The notes under the pieces were generated by a model. That model made no database searches. It was not told where the DNA came from and saw only the letters and a program-made list of their open reading frames with translations. Positions 1 through 13,113 of a DNA stretch of 64,000 nucleotides are shown piece after piece. The position numbers were made by a program, and so were the translations under genes. The DNA is taken from NCBI RefSeq assembly GCF_018350175.1, contig NC_058368.1, positions 186,436,001 to 186,500,000 of the forward strand, read 5' to 3'. The DNA is from Felis catus (taxonomy: Eukaryota). How positions within the stretch are numbered: position 1 is the first letter of the stretch; every line of letters starts with the position of its first letter.

Positions 1-52
1 TCTCTCTCACTCTCTCTCTCAAAAAAATAAATAAATAAATAAATAAAATAAA
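1..52 (+). mobile_element. 3' end of a CAN-SINE, cut by the window edge
   Basis: (CT)n followed by CAAAAAAATAAATAAATAAA tail, the same as the tails of complete SINEs in this window. Confidence 0.8.
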
Positions 53-269
53 AGTTAAGAATCTTTGACAACAAAATTTAAGTACACAACTGAACTAGTT
101 TGATGTATTACACCAGTCCAAAATGATTGCTATTATCATTATTAGGAATTTTTAAACTTACATTAAAATGCTTAAAATCTTAGATGTTCTGGAAAAGAAA
201 TGAAGAGTTCTACATTCTAATTCATGTGTTGGCATTAATTAACTCAAAGAGATGCAATTGTCTCTTTTT

Positions 270-3200
270 AATTTATTTTTATTTTTATACTTTCACCTTT
301 TATATATAGTAAAAAGTATGAATCTTAAGTGTGCAGTTCTCTAAGTTTTAAAAAATGAATACACCAATATAACCATCAAACAGGATATTCCCACTGCCCC
401 TAAATATTCTCTTTTGCCCTCTTCCAGTCAGTAAACTTCAAAGATAATGGCTGATGTGCTTTCTGTCACTATTGATTGCCAATATAGATAACCAATTTTA
501 GAATGAATAATATCTCTTTAATTTCTAGTTGGCCCAAATTTTCATTATAAATGGTCATTGAATTTTATCAAAGGTAGTTTTTTCACATTTACGATAATCA
601 TGATTTTTCTTCTTTATTCTTCTTATGTTATGAATTACATTGACTGATTTTAAAAGTTATACCAAGTTTGTACCCCTGTGATAAACCCAACAATTTAGTT
701 GCAGTATATTATCACTGTCTATATTATTGAATTTCGTTAATATTTCACTGAAGTGGTCATATTTATGTTAATGAGGGACACTATCTTAAAAATTTATTTT
801 CTTCCTATGTTTATTGTCAGTTTTGGTATCAGAGTTATTATGACCTCAGAAAGCAAGTTAGTGCATATTCCTTCCTCTCCTATTTTTGAAAGATTTATTA
901 TAAATTGGTGTTATTTGATCCTCAAAATGTTTGATAGGATTCACCAGTGAAGCCATCTGGCCCTGGAGTTTTTGTGGAAAAGCTTTTTAGTAATTAGTTC
1001 ACTGTTTTAATAGTCATAGGCATTAAATTTTTCATTTTTTTGTGTGTTAATTCTAGTGAATAGTGGTTTTCAAGGAGACTATCCATTTCATCTAAGTAGT
1101 TGAAGTTATTAGGCTGTTTTTCATAATTGCCCCTTACCATCCTTTTAATGCTTGTAAACTATGTTGTGATGCTCCCTACTTCCTTCCTGATATTGTTAAT
1201 TTGTGTTTCTTCAGGTTTTCTCTACAAGTCTTTGCTATTGGTTGTATCAATATTATTAATTTTATTATTTTTTTCAAAGAAACCAACTTTAGCTTTGTTA
1301 GTTTTCTATACTGTTTGTTTTCTAAATCTCTAACATTCTTATTTTTATTTGCTTTATTCTCCTGTTTAATTGCTCATCTTTTTAAAACATCTCCTTATTA
1401 GCTTATTTCAAATCTGCAATCTCTTCTAAAATATAAATATAAAACTATGAATTTCCCACTTAACAGGATTTTTTTTTAAGTTTATTTATTTGGAGAGAAA
1501 GAGAGAGAGCTTGAGTGGGAGGGACAGAGAAAGGGAGAGACAGAATCCCATGCAGGATCCACCCTGTCAGCACAAAGCCCAAAGCGGGCTCGAACTCATC
1601 AACTGAACCATGAGATCATGACCTGAGCAGGGATGAAGAGTTGGATGCTTAACCAACTGAGTCAGTCACCCAGGCCCCCCCCCCCCACCACTTAACAGGA
1701 TTTTTGAGTTTATTTATTCATTGTATTTGAGTCAAAATATTTGCTAATTTTCCTTATGATTTCTTCTTTGCTCCAGGGACTACTTAGAAATGTGTCACTT
1801 AGTTTCAAGTATTTGGATATTTTCTAGTTTTCTTGTTATTTATTTCCAATTTCACTGCATCATCTGAGAATATAAACTGCATATTCTCAACCTTGAATTA
1901 ATTGTTGCTTGATCTATAGTGTAGTATATGGTCTATTTTGGTAAATGCTTTATATATACCTGAAAATATGTATTCTCAAGTTGGCTCAGGTACTAGTCAG
2001 CAATGCCAATTTGGTCACATTGGTTACTAGTGTTGCCCAATTTTTCTACATCCTTACATGATTTTTATCTCTGTGCTCTATTAAATTTTGAGAAAAATAA
2101 TTTATCATTATAAAATGTTTCTCTTTTGTATCTCTGGTAATACTCATTTTCTTAAAGCCTACTTTGATATTAGTATGGCTTTCTTATGATTAGTGTTTGT
2201 TTTGTCTCTCTTTTCCCAGCCTTTCATTTTCAATCTATATGTTTATTTACAATTTAAAGTGACTCATCACTAAAACCAGTCTGACAATCTCATTCTTTTA
2301 AATGAAATGTCTGTTCAGTCCATATCCAACGAATGCCATTATTGATATATTGGATTTAAGTGTATCTTCTGGCTCGTTGTTTCCTCTATGTCCTGTTCTG
2401 TATTTTGGTCCTTTCTTCTTCTTCTACTGAGTATTTCATATTGTTTCATTTTATCTCTTTGAATCTACTACCATCATTTCTTTGTTTAGATTCTCAGTGG
2501 TTGCTTAAAATCATAATTTCTCATTGTCTAACTTAATATTATACTTTAACGTGTATAAGTTAATCTACCCACTCCACTACTATTATCATATATTTTATTT
2601 CTATGAATATCATTATTGCTTTAATGGTCAATAGACATTTGAAGAAGTTAAGAAAAATATAATTCTTCTTATATACCCATATATTTACCAGTTGTCTTCA
2701 TCTTTTCTTACATGTGGGTTTCCTTGGTGGATTATTTTTCTTCAGGCTGAAACCATTTATTAGCTTTTTTATGACAAATTATTTCAAAAAAAATGTCAAT
2801 TACTCTTGCATTTATGTAAGGTATTTAAGGAAGGGATCTAGAATTCACAGTTCTCATACCACCCTCACCCCCACCAGTACTTGAGGAGATATCTTTCTAT
2901 TATCTTCTGGCTTTGATTTTTTTTTTCAATAAGAATTGAGTCTTCATTCTTATTGTTGTTCAGTAGGATACAATATATTTTTATTCTTCTAGCTGTTTTT
3001 TAACATTTTTTCCCTTATATTTGGTTTCAACAGCCTGATTATAATGCACATAAGTGTGTTTTTCTATGTTTTTTTCTTTGCTTGGTTTTCCTGAGAGTTT
3101 TGGTTCTGTGACTTGATATCTTTTATCAGTTTTGACATAGTTTTACTATTATTTTGACTATGATCTTTTTTACATATTTGTTTCCATCACTATAGTCTCT

Positions 3201-4460
3201 CCTCTGCATAAGGGACCAAATTTATATATTACCATTTGGTATCATGCAATAGGTCTCAAATGCTCTGTTGTGATTTATATTTTGAAATTTATACTTTGTT
3301 TCAATTTGAATAATTTCTATTGATCTTTGTATTTATCAATTATTTCCTTCTGCTCTGTCTAGACCATCCAAAGATCTTTTGTAATTTAGACGTATTTTTT
3401 CCTTATAAAAAAATTCCATTTGGTTGTTTTTTAGGTTTTTTCATTTTTCTGTTGTGATTTTTCATCTGTTCACCAATTTTCACCATATTTTTCTGTGTCT
3501 TTCAATATGGCTATAATGTGTTTTTAATATGGTTATTAAATTTGGCTTAAAGAATTTTATTGCTAATTTCAATATCTGAGTCATCTGTGGTTCTATTTCT
3601 GTTATTTTGCTTTTATTTTTGTATCAAATCTTTCCCTTCTCATATCTTGTAAATTTGAACTATATGCCAGACATTGCAGATATGTTGCAGAAAATCTGGA
3701 TTATGCTATCTTCTTTGAAAGCATGCTGTGTTTCATTCCAGTAGGGAATTGGAAAACTGGCATATTGACTTGATTTGACTTAAGCTTTGCTTTAAGTGGG
3801 CCCCTCAAGAACTTTGGTCTTCCTCTTAGAGCTAGAATATAGTTCTGGATCCTTCTTCTAAAGGCATGGCTCTTCTGGGATTTTGGTGGAAATTCTAAGA
3901 TGTTTACCAAGCCCCTCCAACTTATTGGGAGATGAACTCCAAATGTCTCTCTAACACTTGATTGCTGAAATTTTTGCTCAAGTCTTGATTATTCCAGAGG
4001 CAACTATCTTCTAGGTTCTTTTGTATCACCTCACACATGCAGAGTTGAGGCATCGGCTGATATTTGACAATTTGCACACAATTTTGGTGTTTCCCTCTCT
4101 GTGGCATCCACTTTTTAAGAATGTTCTTCCTCAATTTCCAGCCATACAAGGGGCTCCAAACACCAACCTCTGTCCCTTCATCCCAATAACACTGATGATT
4201 TCCATGTCAAGTTCTGTTCCTTCTTTGCCATCAGACACTAAGGAGTGTCCTTGGGGAAAACCTATTTAATTGCTAAATTTGCATAGTTTGTTTCCTTTCA
4301 TTTAAAGACTTTTTCTTTTATTTTCTACATGCTTTTGATTCCTTTCAGACCTTTAAAACAATTGTTTTGTCACAGTTGTTTTCATAATTGTCGAAGTTTA
4401 TCATTGTTATTAGCAGGTTAATTAGTGTGAATCAGGCTGCTCTATCTTAGTTGAAACCAG
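270..4460 (-). mobile_element. Ancient, heavily deleted LINE-1 (L1M/L1ME-type)
   Basis: T-rich strand with antisense L1 ORF2 motifs (e.g. GATTCACCAGTGAAGCCATCTGGCCCTGGAG ~938-968, TTTTGGTATCAGAGTTAT), an L1 3'UTR-like start near 290-480 and decayed 5' regions; no intact ORF. Confidence 0.75.
1469..1686 (-). mobile_element. CAN-SINE inserted in the old L1
   Basis: Antisense SINE body; TSD CCACTTAACAGGA at 1456-1468 and 1688-1700; C12 run at the SINE 5' end. Confidence 0.95.
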
Positions 4461-4502
4461 AATTGAGTATTTATTTAAAAAGTTGCTAACGTTAGCTGAG
4501 TA

Positions 4503-4600
4503 CTTTTTTAAAAGTTTTTATTTAAATTCCAGTTAGTTAACAAACAGTATAATTACTTCCAGGTAATTTCTTACTTCCAGTGTAATTTAGTGGTTCAATA
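4503..4600 (-). mobile_element. Carnivore L1 extreme 3'-end fragment
   Basis: AAGTTTTTATTTAAATTCCAGTTAGTTAAC is the reverse complement of the L1 terminus also seen at 24050-24090 and 50095-50125. Confidence 0.7.
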
Positions 4601-4636
4601 CACATAGTTGAGCACATTTTATAAAAGTCAGGTATT

Positions 4637-4848
4637 GGGGCACCTGGGTGGCTTAGTTGGTTGAGCGTCTGACTTTGGCTAAGGTCATGGTCTCCAGCTA
4701 GTGAGTTCAAGCCCCACGTCGGGCTCTGTGCTGACAGCTCCGGGCCTGGAGCCTGCTTCAGATGCTGTGTCTCCTTCTCTCTCTGCCCCTAACCACTCGT
4801 GTTCTGTCTCTGTCTCTCTCAAGAATGAATAAACATTAAAAAAATTGT
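4637..4848 (+). mobile_element. CAN-SINE
   Basis: GGGGCACCTGGGTGGCT head, (CT)n, AATAAACATTAAAA tail; TSD TTTTATAAAAGTCAGGTA at 4617-4634 and 4849-4866. Confidence 0.95.
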
Positions 4849-4869
4849 TTTTATAAAAGTCAGGTACCA

Positions 4870-5070
4870 TGTTCTGCATGCATTTTAAAATTTAGTTATC
4901 AGAAAAGTCTTGTAAGTTATTTACTACCTTCATTCCAATTTGCCAGATAAGAAAACTGTAACATGGAGAATAAAGGTAACCTCCACAAAACACATAACTA
5001 GTAGGAGGAAGCACTGGGATTTAAAGCTAGGAAATCTGGCTTTGATTTTAATTGACTATTATATATTGCA
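4870..5070 (-). mobile_element. MIR fragment
   Basis: Antisense MIR core-like CAGATAAGAAAACTG...CTGGGATTTAAAGCTAGG. Confidence 0.6.
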
Positions 5071-7539
5071 TCTCCAAACTAGTCCTTTGCCTTAATACTA
5101 GAAAGTGATTGAAATTTTATCTAGATTATTATTTCCACATCTCAAACATACATTTTTTTTTCTATAAGATTTTCTATGAGATATTTCCTTTGGCTCTAGA
5201 AGAAAAAGTGTCATGCAAATAAATTTTGTATCACTGGAACCATGCTATCTCTTTTAGGGCTTGTTCATATCCAGTGATTTACCAGACAGTTGCAATATCT
5301 CAAATATACATCTAAGGCCCTTTGAATTGTGCATTCCCCCAAAGTATGTTGGTCTAAAGTGACTATTAGCTGAGCTTACCCATGAATTGGTATTCTCAAA
5401 TGACCTCATACTAAAGGCACATTTTCAACTGGTCCAAGTAGAAAATACAGTGTCCTAGATTAACTTACCTTCATGTTGATCATATTTCTGGGATCTATAC
5501 ATTGCTTCAAAGAATAAGAGATTTTAGACCCCAAAAAGCATGGTTTAAGCCTTTGTTGTATATATAAAAAACACAGGGCCAAGGAAGTAAAGTAGCATTA
5601 TCTAACATCACAGCTATTTAGTTGCAGACATAGGACCCAAGTAATAAATTCACTTCTCTGTGTAATTAACAGAAGCAACAACCATTCTTACATTTAAAAA
5701 GAGATAATAAATATAACAAAGAGCATTATTCTTAAATTAGTAGAATCCTTTGTCCTTGACCATTTAACTTCTGAAATAGTGTGATTAATTGATTGTTTCC
5801 ACAAAATAGCTCCATGGATTGAATCTATATTAAATATCATTATGTCATTCAATTTTCCCTTTTATACTGTATTCTGAAAATTCATAATTAAGTTCCCTTA
5901 CTATGAAATTTCGTATTATTTCAATTGCCCAAGTCAATAATTTTTTGGTCCATTGTTTTAGAGACATACATAATCAAATCCAATAATATATGACTGAATA
6001 GTAATAAACTATTAGGGCTATGTTGAAGAAAATGGGAGAAATCACTAAAATTCTCTGGATGGTCCTTTGAGAGGTCCATAGCTCTTTCAATGAGCTGCAC
6101 CAACTGTGTTAACCACACCCAACATGTTCTTCCCATGTCCTATATTCATAACTTCTAGGCACACTATTGTTCATGTTTCATCCTAATAGTATTTTAAGCA
6201 TACATTCTTCTTCTCAAAATTGGCAATGATAACATAGAAAAATCATAAGGCCTATACATCACCATTAGAATACAAATCCATTGTTATTTAACTTGTACAA
6301 TGAAAATAATTTTGCCCAGAGAGGTGAAGTGACTTTCTCAACATTAAATAGATTCTGAAACTAAAATTGAAATCTTGATTACCTTCCAAACTGGACACCA
6401 TTCTCCTATGAGACATTGTATCTCCATCAATATGTATATGTCAGCATGTGAGAAGACCTTATAAGCTATATTGAGACAACACTAAATCTGACAGGGTTTA
6501 TTTTCCAGAGGGCTAGCTATTGGTAACTTATACAGTTGGATGAGATAGGGCATAAGATTATTTTTCCAGTAAAAAAGTGTGGGAGAGCCGGGGTTAAATA
6601 AATATTTATCTTTAGTATTGGACTTATTTGAAGCTTTCTTATGCTAATATGCATGTATTTCTCTAAAAGGAGAATGGAAACATTTCTTAATATAATTGAC
6701 TAAAAGATTTTATTTTTTGAAATACTACCTACTATAATAAATAACTGGTAGAGTAATTTAGAAAAAATTCTCTAGAGGTTTAGGTGACAAAATCCTCAGA
6801 ATATTGTGGCCACTTAATAAAATTTTACTGAAAGGAGAAATGGACATTAAAATTGTATGTACATTCATAATAATTTATACCTAAAGTCTATCCATTATCA
6901 AATCCTGTTTCACATAATGTCACTAAGGACCATCTTGTGAGAAAAGAAGGTAGTTTATCTTCATGATAGTGACCTCAGTGGATGGAGACGTATTCCAAAG
7001 ACTTCTAACTTCACTCTATATCCTGATGGGATACCATCACTCTTAATCTCATTTAACTGCTATGTCGTTTAAAGTGACTGTCTTTTAAAAAGATTAATAG
7101 AATCCATTATTGTATGTGAAATTTTAACTGAGTTTAAACAGCTACAGAAACACCATCACCTGGGAAAATTGCCATGTTGTTTTCAGAAAGAGAAGTTTGT
7201 GAACTGACAGCCCTTTTTAAGTCTCCTCCAGCTAGAGTGACTCAAAAAAAGAAGTAGGTTAGCCAATTTTAATTTCCCTGGAAGCATTGATTTTACTTTC
7301 CAATGGAATAAAGTATTATATTAAAATGCATTAGAAAAAGAAGCACAATTAGTAGCAATGATTTCCTCTAAATTTATTTAAAAGAGGAAAAAATCATCCA
7401 GATCACTGAATTGAGGATGGATTTTAGCATATATTTGTAATAAATATCACCTTATTTATTTATAATATTTTGTTTTTATTTTAGTTACAGCCTTGGAAAT
7501 GAGATTTAAAACAAGCATTAGTTTACTTGTTGGGATTTT

Positions 7540-8720
7540 CAAATTCAATAAACACTGAATGAATATGCTGCAAAGAATAAAAAATAAAGTCCCTACTCTC
7601 AAGGAGATTGAAATCTAATAAGGGAGAATGACAAGTACAAAAATAAAAAACAAACTATAATGACAGTCGGAAAGTGGTAAGCCAATTTTAAACAAGACAA
7701 AGCACTATAAAGTTTCCCAAACAGGGAGAAAATACATTCTGCTGCATATAATCAGGAAAGATATCACAGAGTTGGGTATATTTGGCTTCTCAATCTAGTG
7801 TTACGAAGGATCCATGCAAGGTTTTACATAACCATATTGCATGGAGCCTGCCATTTATCAAGTACTGCTTCTTCCTTGTCTCTTCTGAGTCTCCGTAACT
7901 GAACAATCTCTGCATTTGAGGTAAGCATAGATTGCATGAGTGGAAGTATGGAAGAGAAGAAGTATTGTGCCCAGAACATAAAGCCCTTTGATTGGGAATT
8001 TTATTAAGTAATAAAATAATATTGGAATTTTTTAAAATTAAAGAATAGCAAAATCAGGGTTGATCTGGAGACATTGTTTGTGAAAGGGAAACAGAGAGAA
8101 GATAAACTGCAAGCAAGAAAATAAGTGCAATGATGCGGGCAAACAGCCCTCAACTTACACACTAGAAGTAATAACTAAGCAAAGGAGTTGTACAAGAGGT
8201 TTTACAAAGAAGAAATGACAAGATAGAACAATTAGTGCACAGTGGAGGGGGATGGACAACTGAAAAAAAAAAAAAAGAAAAAAGAAAAAAAACAACTTTA
8301 GTTTCCAAGCCTGAGTGGAAAGAAAATCATCATGCTATATACCAAAATAAGCAGTAGAGGGAAGAAAGCCAATTTGTCAGAGCAGACAATGAGTTCAGGT
8401 TTAGTGATTATGTTTGACAGCTTGGTGAGACTTCCAGGTGCAATTTTTGAAAAAGAAGTTGGAAATGTGGGACAAAAATTACATAAGACAAAGGTAAGAG
8501 TTAATGACTAGTATGGCATGGGCAATGAGCAATAAAGTGTGTGCTTTGGGCAATCAGAACAGTTGCTGGCTGTAAATAGCTGGTATCAGTAAAAAGCATT
8601 GGAAGATCCACCCTGCATGGATGGAAAATAATTGAATCCACCTAGTGAGAAAGGGTATAAAAAAGATAGTTGGGAGAAAGCTTTAGGGAACATTTATGTA
8701 AGAAGCTTTTGGAAGTGGAG
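7540..8720 (-). mobile_element. L2 fragments
   Basis: TTCAATAAACACTGAATG...CCCTACTCTCAAGGAG start and purine-rich antisense L2-like body (ATGAGTTCAGGTTTAG, GTGAGACTTCCAGGTG). Confidence 0.55.
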
Positions 8721-9057
8721 CCAAACAAAAGTCCAGAGAGGAAACTGTTGGAATAGGAGGAAATAAAATACAATACACATATTCAATGCCTTTAGCTGCT
8801 ATGTATGTATAGCTTAGAAGATATGATCATTCATTTTATCTCATTCTCTACTTGATTCACGTATGGGGCTGGTCTTCAAACTACAGTGGAAGAATCTGAA
8901 GAAAGATAGCCTGTCTTCTATCTAGGTATTCCTTATAGTGTTTTAGGTCCTTGTGGATATGGAAGATTTAAATTTTGAATTGACAAAGTTTACAAATCGC
9001 TTGAACACATAAAATTTACATTACCCAATAATGTGCGTTAAGCTGGACAAATGCAAC

Positions 9058-9180
9058 AGATTCCATTTTAGAGATAAAACTCAGAAAGGTTAAGTGATCT
9101 AGCCAATGTCTTTAATTTAATTAGTGGAGGGCTTGGGACTTCATCATGGCTTTACTAGCTCATTGTTAAGTGTTTTCTGA
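9058..9180 (-). mobile_element. MIR fragment
   Basis: CCATTTTAGAGATAAAACTCAGAAAGGTTAAGTGATCT, MIR core-like. Confidence 0.55.
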
Positions 9181-10539
9181 ATGCCTTACGGTTTACAGTC
9201 TACTCCTATTCCTTTGAATTCCTCAGATAATCAGAATTTTCCCAGTACCTAGTACCCATGGGAATATTCACAGTCCTTCACCAAATATGTCAGAAAACAC
9301 CCCACCATATTGCACAGTATACATTTTTTTCCAGGAAGTTAAGCTTCTTCTTCTTCCTCTAAAATATACTAAGTTCAGAAAACGTGGGATAATAGATTTT
9401 TCCTATGTTTGTTTTTTATTATTGTATTTGTTTTTGATCATAGTATACATTAAAAGTATCCAATCCTTTTGTCCACTAGTAGATAACAGATGATATATAT
9501 TAGCATCAAAACCAAATAAACACATCTGCCAGGACAGTGGAGTAATTGCTTCAGTTTGAGCCTCCAAAAGTCCACTGATGATTAAAATTGCCCTTAAACA
9601 ACCTTTTAATGAATTTAAGCTAGAGGGCCTTTCTGAATCCTCAGATCTTCACTCTGATTACTGTGCTTGGCTCTTCTTTTCTGAAGGCTATCAAAAGCAT
9701 TTGGATCGATCTTGTGTTGTAGAAAGCATATCCCTTTCAGCTTAGGTAATGCCATCAAATCATAACTGAAAATGGACTTCACTTTGAGTTCAAGAACCCT
9801 AAAAGGACAGCTCTACTGACATTGACCCACTGCATCTTCAGGAGTCTAGTTTCTTAAGACACATTTCACAGTTTTTAGTTGAGGTCAGCATTTGTCTGGT
9901 AGGCTCAATGAGCTTGAAAGTTAAATATTTTAGAGCCAGACTTAGAAAATAAATATTTAAACATATTTTGCTTTATTTGTATACCCACAGGCTTATTTAT
10001 AGGGTTATAAATGTCACATATACATATATTTACACCTAAATGGGCATGTTCATGCAGTAGTTGATATTTAATGCACATACCCCTATAAAATGCACCACCA
10101 TAAAATGGAACTACAACACATTTGCTGAATCACCATTTTCATATTCTGATTTAATGTCTGACTACACTATACATAACAAAACTTTTTTTGATGTAACCCT
10201 GACTGACGAGCAGGAAGGATTATTGTAGAGGACTGTATATACTATCCAAATTATAGAATTTTTTATTAGGAAGGCAATAGATGTCATTAATGTCATTTTC
10301 TTGATGAGGAAGCTAATCTTGAGGATCATCTGGCAGAACTAAAATTGAGAACTTGTTTCATCCAATCCTGAGACAAATGCTCTATCAATAAAAATTGGTT
10401 TTAAAATATGTAGTCATATGACTGAACCATCTTTAAATTAGATACTAGAGATTTGTTTTCTGGGCAAAATGGGTCTATGCTAATCTTTCTCAATAAGAAT
10501 TTTGTTTTTAAAATATCATATCACTTTTACAGTCATTCT

Positions 10540-10760
10540 AGCAGTTACATTGATTGAACATTTACTTTGTACCAAAAATTGCTCTAATGATTTTGCATAG
10601 ATTGTCTCTTTTCATTCTGGTAAAAATCCTAAGGGGTTATACTATTAACATAGAACAGAGGCCCAGAAATTTTAATTTCTCAGGATCATACAGCTGGTGT
10701 TGGGGATCCAGGATTCAAACAGAAACTCATCTCTATTTAAGGCACTCCTTTTAAGTACTA
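10540..10760 (-). mobile_element. MIR
   Basis: CATTGATTGAACATTTACTTTGTACCA...ACAGAGGCCCAGA...CATACAGCTGG...GGATTCAAAC. Confidence 0.6.
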
Positions 10761-11099
10761 CATCATCGAAACACTAAAAGCTATGCCCATTTAAAATTTC
10801 TAGATTCCAGTAAACTTGAATGTTTACAATGAAATGTTTCCAAAGAAAAGATGCAGAAATAATATAGACCACAAAATAGCATTGGGGTAAAATTAATTAT
10901 TGTTATACATCCATGAGATGGCTTTGTTGTGAGAATTAAATGAGATAATTCCCTATTATTTAAACACATTAGGTCTGTCAGGCTCTACTCTTGACTACTC
11001 AACTGTAATTAAAAAAAAGAAAGAACACAGAACCATAAAAATAAGGATTAGACAGGAGAACCTCTTCTTCCCTCTGTCTCTTTCACCTTTATTTGTGAT

Positions 11100-11395
11100 T
11101 GAAGGCATGTTCGAACAACTTCTGTGGAGCTTTCCCAAACATCTCCACCTACCCCTAGACCTGCCATGTCCCAGACAGAAAAAATAATAAATTTTACCTC
11201 TCTATTTCCATATAGCACTTCACTTACATTTCTACTACACAGCATATAATGCAGTAAATTTTTATAAGCTTATACATTTGTTTTCCCAGTAGACTATAAA
11301 CCTCTCAAATTCTTATTTGACTCTAATTATTTAGTCCCTAGCATAGTACTTTCATGGGTATTTGTTTATATTCAACTTTTTTGGATGAATTACTT
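11100..11395 (+). mobile_element. L2 3' fragment
   Basis: CCCAGTAGACTATAAACCTC...CCTAGCATAGTAC...GGATGAAT, typical L2 3' end. Confidence 0.5.
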
Positions 11396-11886
11396 AAGTA
11401 GAATTTCATATGAAATAGAACATTATTATTTCTCCACTTTTCTAACTATAATTACTAAATTCCATTGGTACAACCATTCCTGGCTTTAATCCATTCTGAT
11501 CAGAACTTCAGATACATTAATATGACCTAAGTCTAAGTCAATCTGAACAATTTGCCATGATTGACTTATATATGCACACATGACCCAAATTGGTCCAATC
11601 AGACTACATGTTAGGATTTCCTAAGGAGCTACCAGGAGGAGGAAGAAATTTCCAATATAACTCTCCATATATTTACATTTCCCACCTAGGAGAGAAGAAA
11701 ACAAAGTTGAGAAATAGTAAGAAAAAGGGTGTTTTTTTTTGTTTTTTTTTTTGTTATCAGTGTCATTTAAGTTCCTGAACTTAGTCATTTCTGAATCCAT
11801 CACCACAACCCTGAACTTTCTTAGTTTTTAAATAAAAGTTCATTTTACTTTAGGTTTAAGTTGGATTTTTTTCATCACTTTTAAAA

Positions 11887-12091
11887 AAAAATAATGTTTA
11901 TTTATTTTTTAGAGAGACAGAGAGAGAGAGCATGAGCAGGGGAAGGGCAGGGAGAGGGAGACACAGAATCTGAAGCAGGTTCCAGGCTCTGAGCTGTTAG
12001 CACAGAGCCCGATGTGGGACTTGAACTCAACAGACTGTGAGATCATGACCTAAAGTTGGACACTTAACTGACTGAACCGCTCAGAGGTCCC
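11887..12091 (-). mobile_element. CAN-SINE
   Basis: Antisense SINE body; degenerate TSD ...ACTTTTAAAA on both sides. Confidence 0.95.
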
Positions 12092-12108
12092 TTTTTATAA
12101 CTTTTAAA

Positions 12109-12113
<5 letters not shown>

Positions 12114-12154
<41 letters not shown>
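12114..12154. repeat. (CA)n microsatellite, about 20 units
   Basis: Directly visible. Confidence 0.98.
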
Positions 12155-12158
<4 letters not shown>

Positions 12159-12719
12159 ATTCCAAGTAACACAATTAATTTATTCAGAACATCTCAATGT
12201 CAGGCAGGCCAAGGAAAAGAGCAAGAAAAACAGAAAACATAAGGTCCTAATTCTTAAATCAAGAGCTAATATTTTTCCAAGCCCTGTACCCCTCAAAATT
12301 CAATGCTAAGAAATGAGTGAAGGAGAGATAGCAGTAAAATAGAACAGTTTTTATCAGGTAGATAAAGCCCAAATACTTCACTCAGGGTCTTAAGTCACTG
12401 ACAACCATAATCAAACATTACTCAGGGTTTCATTGCTGTCCAATCCCTTCACTGCTGGGAATCCCTTTATAGACACCATCTTTAATGTCTAACAACTAGG
12501 TTTGATGGTGACATGTAAAGTACCTATTGACAGACCCAGGAGTCTCAAAAGTAGAGACCATCCACATAAACATGTCCATATGGCATTTCTCATTGGTGAA
12601 GTGGCTTGTTGGCGAGATTCAGGACAGATTCAGCCAAATAACTCTTTTCTCTTATATGTTGTATGTTCTTCTCTTTTCCCACTTCTGCTCACTTGATAAG
12701 TGAGCCTATTATTGTTCTG

Positions 12720-13113
12720 TGTATCAGTTTCTTAGGGTTGTCATAACTAAGTGCCACAAACCGGGTAGTTTAAAACAACAGAAATTTCATAACAGAAACA
12801 GTTATGAAAGCTAGAAGCCTGAAATCAAGGTGTCATCGGGGTTGATTTCCATCTGAAGGCTATAGAAGAAAAGCTGTTCCGTACCTCTCTCTTAACCTTC
12901 TGGTGGTTTGTGGGCAATATTTGGCCTTCCTTGGCTAATATCTACCTTCATGTTACATTTTATTCCCCCTGTGTGTGTGTCTGTGTCCAAATTTCCCTTT
13001 ATGAGGGTATCATTCATATTGGAGTAGGAGCCCACCCTAGTCCAGAATGACCTCATCCTAACTATATCTGGAACAACCCTATTTCCAAATAAGTCTCATT
13101 GTGAGGTACTCGG
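12720..13113 (-). mobile_element. ERVL-MaLR solo LTR, MLT1C-like
   Basis: TGTATCAGTTTC...TAAAACAACAGAAATTT...GAAATCAAGGTGTC...CTTCTGGTGGTTTG...CCCTATTTCCAAATAAG. Confidence 0.85.

Noticed and set aside
5460..5475. Isolated consensus minus-strand donors (AAG|GTAAGT here; GAG|GTAAGT near 54680 and 57670)
   Set aside because: None has a convincing acceptor or recognisable peptide; the 57670 site is MIR-derived and the 54680 site abuts a SINE.
6560..6760. Possible old DNA-transposon fragments (also 44545-44720 and 59130-59430)
   Set aside because: They loosely resemble hAT-type MERs but are too diverged to assign by eye; a Dfam search is needed.
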